Source: Eledone cirrhosa
Taxonomy: Eukaryota
DNA: 64,000 nt
Direction: 5' to 3'
Assembly (NCBI GenBank): GCA_964016885.1
Contig: OZ024761.1
Location: 9,796,001-9,860,000, forward strand
Under the pieces are notes generated by a model. That model saw only the letters and a list, made by a program, of their open reading frames with translations, made no database searches and was not told the origin of the DNA. Every line of letters starts with the position of its first letter. The first letter of the stretch is position 1. The position numbers and the translations under genes were made by a program. Positions 45,775 to 56,669 of the stretch are shown in pieces.

Positions 45775-46972
45775 AGGGAGATGTCAACAGTTCTCTATTT
45801 AGTGACCATGCTGTCTCTGTATTGTTTCAGGGAGGAAGTTGATGAGAAGGATAAACGAGCACGAAACAGCAAACTAAAGAGGTTTGCCCTGATAGGTCTG
45901 GCTACAGTTGGTGGTGGTACCTTGATTGGTGAGTATTACTGGTACTGTGGGGTTGGGGTGGGGTTCCTTGATTAGTGAGTACTGGTGGGGTGTGGATACT
46001 GTAGGGATCCCTCATTTACTTGTCATTTTATGTGTTAGTTAGGGCATATATATACTCCCTTGCACCGACCTAACATGGGTTTACCTCCCCTTCAGAAGTC
46101 ACTCTTTCTGCAAATACATATTCGTACATTTGTTTTTCATTTTCCATATAACCTCATTTAAACCGAGCTGATCATCCGATTATGGTGAAACATTTGTTCT
46201 CGGTATGGTGAACTAACTGTTGTGTAACCACTTCTACCTAACTCATCTAGAATAAGGACGGGTTGGAAGAAGTTTAGGGAGCTGCTTCCTCTGTTGACGA
46301 AGAAGGGTTTCTCCCTGCGTACGAAAGGCCGGTTGTATGATGCCTGTGTGAGGAGCGCGATGCTGCATGGTAGTGAGACATGGGCAGCAACTGCAGAGGA
46401 TATGCGACGGCTGGAGAGAAATGAGGCAAGCATGCTCCGTTGGATGTGCAGTGTAAATGTGCGTGAACGACCCAGCATAAATGTGTTGAGAGAGAAACTG
46501 TGTCTGAGAGGGATAGAATGTAGTGTACGGGAGAGGAGATTGAGGTGGTATGGACATGTGATGCGCATGGAGGATGACCGATGGGTGAAGAAGTGCCAGG
46601 AAATGCCAGTTGAAGGAAGACGTGGTAGAGGTAGACCACAAAAAACATGGGCGGAGGTGGTGAGAACAGACCTCAGATCATTGAAGCTCACAGTGGAGAT
46701 GACGAGGGACCGTGACGAGTGGAGAGATGCTGTGCTGAATAAGACCCGTCCCACCCTTGCAAGCAGGGAAAAGCGGACGTAAAATGATGATGATGATGAT
46801 GATATGATTCTTCTTGTCGAGAATCAGTATGCAGGAGTTTTAACAAACGAGCAATTTAACCTAATAACAAATATTTTGATGATCCAAAACAGAGAAAGCA
46901 GGCTTTGCTAACATCAATGTTTGTACATGTTATAAAGATCCCTTATCATTATCTATAAAAGGCAGATTGTTG

Positions 46973-47006
<34 letters not shown>

Positions 47007-48737
47007 ATGCTCCATGTTTATACATTTGCACAATTTCAAACCGATTCGACTCAACGTCTGTAAGAATGTTGTAAATGGTCTAACTTAGGTCAACGACTAT
47101 TTATTTATTTCAAACTCGCCCACAATTACGGAAATAATCGATAAAACTAAATACATGACGCTTTACCCCTCTAATACAATCTGATTCCCTCTCCCTACTC
47201 CCCTTAAAATTCGATAAAACTACATACATGCTGCAACTTTCTCTTATATACGATTAAACTTACAAACTTCCTTTAGGAACTCGGAAGAAAGAAGTGATAA
47301 AGAAATGAAGGAGAGAGAAGAGAGTGAGAGAGAGAGAGAGAACGTTTGTTTTTGAGTGTGGAACGATCAAACATTTATTTACTTCAATGACAAAGAGAAC
47401 TTATTACATTTCATACGAAACAACAATTATTCAAAAGCAACAGATAAATATATTCAACAACAAAAAAAATAGCAATAAATCTTTTTTAAAACATCTCTCA
47501 GCGAACGTGGAAGAAAGAAGTATCAGTTTATTTACTATACACAATAATATCCTCTATGAGGTCACTAAACCTGCTAGAAACAGCAGCTAACTCTCCCCCA
47601 TATCACACCCCGCCCTACTGTCTTAAATTTAGAAAACACATATTAGACAACCATGCAGAACAACTCCATCGCAGCTCTGTTGTTCGGCTGGCATCGTCTA
47701 CTCGCGTGTTGCGCAAGTACTGTGAAACAATAAATTTCAACACTTTTTTGCACAGAGATAATATCCATAGGCGAAACTACAATTGTCACTGCTGGTGCAG
47801 CTCCTGCTTCGGCAGTCCAGGTCTGCAATTCATTCACCCAGTCCCTGGCAGACAAAAAAGTGCTACCATAAAATGGGTGGTGCAACCTAACTTTGGTAAC
47901 TTACTGACCCCGAGCAACGCCGGGCTTTAATGCTAGTATCTATATAAAGAAAAAATAATTTTCCTTATATAATATGATCTGTATAGAACATTTTCTGTCC
48001 ACACTTATTTTCACTATATATATAATATATATATATAATATATATATATATATATAATATATATAATATATTATATATATATATATATAATATAATATAT
48101 TATATATATATATATATAATATATATAATATATTATATATATATATATATAATATAATATATTATATATATATATATATAATATATATAATATATTATAT
48201 ATATATATAATATAATATATTATATATATATATATATAATATATAATATAATATATTATATATATATATATATAATATATATATATATTATATATATATA
48301 TATATTTAGTCCCTATATTTCGGATTTCACATCCATCAACAGGGGATTTTCCAAGGGGAAAAAGTTGTGTCGGAGAAGGACAGCCATGTGCGGTTATATA
48401 TATATATAGCTTGTTTTTATATGTGTCTGTCTGTGTGTCTTTTTCAACAGGTTTAACAGGAGGTCTGGCCGCTCCTTTAGTGGCAGCTGGTGCTGGTGCC
48501 ATCATAGGAGGCACAGGTGCCGCAGCTCTGGCTACTACCACTGGTGTTGCTGTCATTGGCTCCCTGTTTGGTGTCGCTGGAGCAGGACTTACAGGTATCT
48601 ACCTACCTATATATCTATTTGATTATCTTTCAGTCTATCTATCTATCTATCTATGTATTTATCTATTCATATATCTATATATCTATCTGATTAGCTTTCT
48701 CCCTGTCTGCCTGTCTATCTATCAATTTTATTATTTG

Positions 48738-48799
<62 letters not shown>

Positions 48800-49522
48800 G
48801 AGGTTATATTTAATTTGTTGGGATTCAACAAGCTTAAAAAATGTTTATAACTGATATCAAGCACTCAACAGGTTAGTGGAGTAGATATACAATATATTAA
48901 TAAATCTATCCAGCAAATTTCAACCGTTGAGGTTGTCTTTTTTCCGGGTATGTCAATATTTATTTATAAAACAAATCTGTATTTTATCTGATGAAAGCAC
49001 ACCATAATTTACCTTGGTTGCCCTTGAAATATATATAAAATAATTATGGTTTTGTAAATATAGTTTCCATTTATTAATATATTGTATATATATATATATA
49101 TATATAATATAAGACCAAAAGATGGTTAAAAGAGTTCCAAGTATTTTATTATGCGCATTTCAAAAACAAATATCATCATGGGATGATGTTTGCGTTCTCA
49201 TCAGATAAAATAGGGAGACATGATATGAAGCTTAAAAAACACTTGTGAATAGTGAAGTGTTAAATCAACATATGTTGATTTAAAACTTCACTGCTCACAA
49301 GTGTTTTTTAAGCTTCATATCATGTCTCCCTATTTTATCTGATGAGAACGCAAACATCATCCCATGATGATATTTGTTTTTGAAATGCGCATAATAAAAT
49401 ACTTGGAACTCTTTTAACCATCTTTTGATCTTATATTATTTATACTCCAGTCCTATAAACTGTAGAGTGCTACTTATCCGACATTTGCATTGCTTTATTG
49501 TGCTACAATAAAACTTACCTCC

Positions 49523-49583
<61 letters not shown>

Positions 49584-50951
49584 GACTTATCTCAATTGCT
49601 TTCCTGCTGCAGGCTATAAAATGAAACGTCGAGTTGGTGCTGTGGAAGAATTTGTCTTTGAACCTCTGGTTCCTGGTTTAAGACTTCAGGCAAAAAATAT
49701 GGGCAAACAGCTCCATATAACGATTGCTGTGAATGGATGGCTTAACAGCTCCATGAGTGGTAAGTTGAGTGTAGTTATTATCTTAATTATCTTAATCATC
49801 ATCATCATCATCAACATTGTATTATCTTCACTGTAATCATCATCATCATAATAATCAATGTATATTACCCTGGCACCAACACTACCACATTACAGAGAGA
49901 ACTGGGGGTATTTTATCATAACACCAGCACTACCACTTTACAGAGTGTACTGGGTGCTTTTATGGTGTCACTAGTACTACAACTTTACAGAGTGCACTTG
50001 GTATTTTATCATGGCACTAACACTACCACTTTACAGGTTGTACTGGGGGTATTATATCATGACACCAACACTACCATTTTACAGAGTGTACTGGGGGTAT
50101 TTTATCATGACACCAACACTACCATTTTACAGAGTGTACTGGGGGTATTTTATCATGACACCAACACTACCATTTTACAGAGTGTACTGGGGGTATTTTA
50201 TCATGACACCAACACTACCATTTTACAGAGTGTACTGGGGGTATTTTATCATGACACCAACACTACCATTTTACAGAGTGTACTGGGGGTATTTTATCAT
50301 GACACCAGCACTACCACTTTACAGAGTGTACTGGGGGTATTTTATCATGACACCAGCACTACCACTTTACAGAGTGTACTGGGGATATTTTATCATGACA
50401 CCAGTACTACCACTTTACAGAGTGTACTGGGGGTATTTTATCATGACACCAACACTACCACTTTACAGAGTGTACTGGGCGCATTTTTCTGTAGGTTTTA
50501 TTTATTTATTTTTTTCTCCTTTTTCCAGACTACAAGGAACCTTGGCAGTCTTTGAACGAGAGTTTGGAACAGTACAGTTTACGGTGGGAATCCCGGTATC
50601 TTCTGGAACTGGGGAAGGCCTTTGACTACATTGTAAGTCTGGCCATTGGTGTGGCAACCCAGGAAGCCCTAAAATACACCATTTTGTCAGGTTGGTCATC
50701 ACTTTACACTATGTTATAATTAGTGTCAATAATTAAGTGGATTAATTAAGGCCTTAATTGTTTTTTCTTATTCTTTCGTTGCTTAACATTTACATACACA
50801 CAAATATATATATATATGTATGTATATATATATATATATACAAACGTCCGGTTGTGTGATGCGCATGGAGGATGACCGATGGGTGAAGAAGTGCCAGGAA
50901 ATGCCAGTTGATATATATACACATACATACATACATATATATACACATAAC

Positions 50952-50982
<31 letters not shown>

Positions 50983-51386
50983 CATATATATATATATATA
51001 CACATACATATATATATATACACATACATACATACATATATACACACACATACATATATATATACACACATATATATATACACACACATATATATATATA
51101 CACACACATACATATATATATACACATACATATATATATACACATACATATATATATACACACATAATTGAAATTCTGTTGTTTTATATTTCTATGATAT
51201 GAATAGGTCTGATGACTGCTATAGCCTGGCCAGCTTCTCTGGTATCAGTAGCAGCTGTTATTGATAATCCCTGGAGTGTATGTTTACAGAGATCAAAGGA
51301 AGTTGGCAAACAATTAGCAGAGGTGCTTCTGGCCAGAGAACAGGTGGGCTTCTTTTGTCATCTTTTATATATCATTGTCTTACAAT

Positions 51387-51423
<37 letters not shown>

Positions 51424-52078
51424 CAGAATAATAGTAAGTGAAGACATTCACGTAATCAAAATAACATATTTTGATTACGTGAATGTCTTCATTTATTATT
51501 ATTCTGAATAATAATAATAACTCCAGAAAACTACTTGTTGAGTGCTTTTAATCTATTGTAAAACTATATTCATTGAGTAATCAATGAACCATATTAATCT
51601 TTGGTTTTATATATATATATATATACGATATTAAATAAATGGAAACTATATTTATAAAACCATATTTATTTCACTATATATATTTCAGGGATATCATATT
51701 AACAATATGTTATGCCTTCCTCAGACAAAATACAATATAGACAGTTTTATAGATAAATAGATTTGACATACCGTTCAACATTGACTTGTATTTGAAAAAG
51801 TTGATTTGCCAAATCAACTTTTTCAAATACAAGTCAATGTTGAACGGTATGTCAAATCTATTTATCTATAAAACTGTCTATATTGTATTTTGTCTGAGGA
51901 AGGCATAACATATTGTTAATATGATATCCCTGAAATATATATAGTGAAATAAATATGGTTTTATAAATATAGTTTCCATTTATTTAATATCGTAAATATA
52001 CTCCAAATACTTGTTGAGTGCTTTTATATCAGTTATAAATATTTACTAGTTGTAACCCAACAATTTAAATATAACTTT

Positions 52079-52156
<78 letters not shown>

Positions 52157-52296
52157 GGCTTCTACGGGACTTGAACTGTTTCATTCGAAGGAAATCATCA
52201 GGAAAGCCCCAATGCTTTCCTGATGATTTATATGTATACACACACACATACCTGTCCTTACAATGTCTATATATATATATACACCTGTCCTTACAA

Positions 52297-52334
<38 letters not shown>

Positions 52335-52532
52335 CGAAACATAAGTCAATTGCATGAACTCATAATCCTTTATTTACTGCTATATATATATTTCGATGAT
52401 AGCCATTGAATGGCTATGACCTCATCAGGCAGTTAGTCAGTTCTTAGATATGCCAGCTCTGTGTGTATAGTGTTGATGGTATCAGAGCCTTGGGACATAT
52501 ATATATATATATACACACCATTCCTTACAATG

Positions 52533-52577
<45 letters not shown>

Positions 52578-55557
52578 CCGTTCCTTACAATGTCTATATA
52601 TATATATATATACACACCTGTTCCTTACAATGTCTATAATGTATATATTTCAGGGATGTCGGCCAGTTACGTTGGTTGGTTACAGTCTCGGTGCCAGGGT
52701 GATATATTGCTGCCTGGAAGAACTTTCTAGCAGAAAAGGTAGGTAAAACTGTTTGCATGGAATTCCGAGTAGATTATATTAAGAGAATACATTGGTGAGA
52801 TGGGGTGGACTGCTTATTTCTCCTTCTTGGCTAACTGTTGGACCTCTTCGATATCATTTCAGTTTCAGTTCATGGGTTAGTGACAAATATTTTCTTATTT
52901 CTGATTAGTCGTTAAGACTATCATAACCATGTTGCCAACAACCCTGAGTACCTTTTTGATTTCCATGTGTCTAAAACGTGGGCATGCCCACAATGTCAGA
53001 AAACAGTACAGCTCCCATGACTTTCGGAAACATTTTTTTCACTCTCAGAGTTGCTGAAACATGGAACAAACTACCTGCATCGGTTGTTAGCTGTCGAGAC
53101 ATTGCATCCTTTAAAACCTCCATCGAACAAACTACCTGCATCGGTTGTTAGCTGTCGAGACACTGCATCCTTTAAAACCTCCATGGAACAAACTACCAGC
53201 ATCAGTTGTTAGCTGTCGAGACACTGCATCCTTTAAAACCTCCATGGAACAAACTACCAGCATCAGTTGTTAGCTGTCGAGACACTGCATCCTTTAAAAC
53301 CTCCATGGAACAAACTACCAGCATCAGTTGTTAGCTGTCGAGACACTGCATCCTTTAAAACCTCCATGGAACAAACTACCAGCATCAGTTGTTAGCTGCC
53401 GAGACACTGCATCCTTTAAAACCTCTGTAGTGGCTGAGATGGTCGCTTGGTAGCTAGCAGTTGCCTCCCCTTAACAACCCTTCAGGGAAGAGAGGCAAAA
53501 ATACACCCGGACACAGCCACAGGTTCACACACTCTTTTTGGACCACGGACATGAACAGACGTGGAAAGACCCGCTCCTCAAAATATTGACGTTGTAGGAA
53601 ATTTACTAAATTATTGCATTAAATAAAATGATTGTTAGACTTGATTGTGCATTTATTTATTCGACAAAGAGAAACATCACTTTCCTTTACCTCCATGGAA
53701 CAAACTACCAGCATCAGTTATTAGCTGTCGAGACACTGCATCCTTTAAGGCCTCCATGCTGCCCGAGATTCGCCAACACTACACCTAATGTTCCCCCTCC
53801 ATACACATACACACATGTATATCCTGACTCATACACTATTCTCTTCCCTGACATTTGTGTATTATTCTATGTACTATACATGCACCTTTGACGAGTTGTA
53901 GTGCACCTGAGCATTTTACACAATAATTTCATTCATTATTATTATTATCTTGCCCTTTGTGCATTAGAGCCATTCTATTGATTGTAAAGCACTGAAACCA
54001 CGTATTTCTAGCAGTCAACTGATGATATACGTCTGTAGTCATTCATTTTTCTGCCTTCACCCATATTTTTTATTCATCACATATATATAAGTTGTGGTGT
54101 GCAGGAGAGAAGGCTGAGATGGTATGGACATGTGATGTGCATGGAGGATGACCGATGGGTGAAGAAGTGTCAGGAAGTCCCAGTGGAGAGAAGACGTAGT
54201 AGAGGTAGACCATGAAAAACAGGGGTGGAGGTGGTGAGAGCAGACCTCAGATTGCTGAAACTCACGGTGGAGATGACGAAGGACCGTGACAAGTGGAGAG
54301 ATGCTGTGATGAATAGGACCCGTCCCACCCGGGAAAAGCGGACGTAAAATGATGATGATGATATATATATATATATATAGTGATGGTTTCGGTAATTGGA
54401 CTGCCTCTATATCAATTATTTGTTTATATTTTGCTGTTACCCAGTAAGGATTACTGAACTAAATCTTTTATGGTCTTTACATCTGCTGATGTGGCCAATT
54501 GTCTTGCATCATGGTATGATGACGTAAGCTGGGCATGGAAATATGTATTATGTAATTGTGAAATGTTAAAGGAAGATATTGGAACCCAGCCTTCTAGTAT
54601 TTTCATTGAAGGGATATATGTATCTATATCTATCTATCTATCTCTTTATCTCTCTCTCTATATATATATATGTGTGTATGTGTGTAACCACCACTACTAC
54701 TACTACTAACACCCTAACTATTTCAGGTTGTGAAGGTATTGTAGAAGATGTGATTCTACTGGGAGCCCCTGTCAGTGCCAGCAGTTCACAATGGGAACAA
54801 CTTCCACGGGTAGTCTCTGGACGACTGATAAATGGTTACTGTAGGTTAGTATTGTTATATATTGTATTGTAGTAGTTCTCTCCCCTGATTTTTTTATCTA
54901 CCTCTGGCAAAATTTTATTTTAAGTGGTAGCATTCCTGCAACAATTCATTTTCTTTACACATTAAAAAATATTATACATGAGAAGAAAGTACATTACTAG
55001 AAATCCTATACATTATAAAATAAATAGGATGGGGTCTCAATATGTAGGCTAAACGACTAATTCTGATTTTTAAACAAGTCAACAGACAAGCTAAGGAAAT
55101 TATGACATAATAAGATTATATTGTAATAGTTTTTATACTACTGTCGTTCAGAGACAACCTAGAAAAATTACCGCTTTTCCAACCTCCCCATCTATTTCAA
55201 TTCCCCTTCTTTTTCCAACCCCCATTTATCCCCCCCCCCCCCAAATCTGCCCCCTATTTGTTACTTGAGAGTATATGTATATGATGTAACATATTGTATT
55301 GTTGTTTCTGTTCTACCAGGGCCGATTGGCTGCTGAAGTTTCTGTACAGGTCATCTTCCATGCAGTTCCGCATCGCTGGACTGATGCCTGTCAAGCTACT
55401 GCACCATTGTATGCATAATATTGATCTAAGTGATGTGGTGAGTCTCATTCATCTTCTTCATCAGTGATGAGTCTTGTTACTCTGGAGTTTCACGGATCCT
55501 CTGAGTACACAGGTGAAACTCCAGAGGAACTAGGCTCATCACTTAGACATAATAAAG

Positions 55558-55613
<56 letters not shown>

Positions 55614-55682
55614 GTATATATATGTATATATATGTATGTATATGTATGTATATATATGTATATATATGTATATATATATATG

Positions 55683-55725
<43 letters not shown>

Positions 55726-55790
55726 GTATGTATATGTATGTATATATATGTATATGTATATATATGTATATATATGTATGTATATATATG

Positions 55791-55827
<37 letters not shown>

Positions 55828-55918
55828 GTATATATATATGTATGTATATGTATGTATATATATGTATATGTATATATATGTATATATATGTATGTATATA
55901 TATGTATATATATGTATG

Positions 55919-55951
<33 letters not shown>

Positions 55952-55952
55952 G

Positions 55953-55983
<31 letters not shown>

Positions 55984-56636
55984 GTATATGTATATATATG
56001 TATATATATGTATGTATATGTATGTATATATATATGTATGTATATATATGTATATATATATGTATATATATGTATATATATATGTATATATATGTATCTA
56101 TGTATATATATGTATCTATATGTATATATATGTGTGTATATATAATGGAGGCACATGGCTTAGTGGTTAGAGCCTTGGTTAGAGGGTGTGAGTTCAATTC
56201 TCAGACCGGGTGATGTGTTGTTTCCTTGAGCAAGGCACTTTATTTCACATTGCTCCAGTTTACTCAGCTGTAGAAATGTGATGATAGGGACTGGGGTCCA
56301 TATCATTCCACTGCAAAGTGGTCGTGGAGGAGCCACGGCAAAAAAGCACCCAGTACTCACTGTAAATGAGGTTGGTGTTAGGAAGGGCATCCAGCTGTAG
56401 ACATCAAGCCAGAATCAGTTCCCGTCCCACCCTTGCAAGCAGGGAAAAGCGGACTTAAAATGATGATGATGATGATATATATATAAACCTTTAACATCCA
56501 CTTTTCTTCTTTCCCTATTAGGTTAGGGATGCATACACATATATATATACACATATATATATATATATATACACATATATATATATATATACACACATAT
56601 ATATATATATACACACATATATATATATATACACAC

Positions 56637-56669
<33 letters not shown>

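Larger units (their letters stand above)
49104..49530 (+). mobile_element. Second family of hammerhead-bearing fold-back element
   Basis: 336-bp near-perfect palindrome 49104-49439 centred at 49271/49272, one-sided tail, (TA)n flanks. Confidence 0.6.
51624..52082 (+). mobile_element. Penelope-like pLTR fold-back element (371-bp palindrome plus about 90-bp tail)
   Basis: Palindrome 51624-51994 centred on 51809, a hammerhead in each arm, one-sided extension, (TA)n flanks. Confidence 0.65.
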
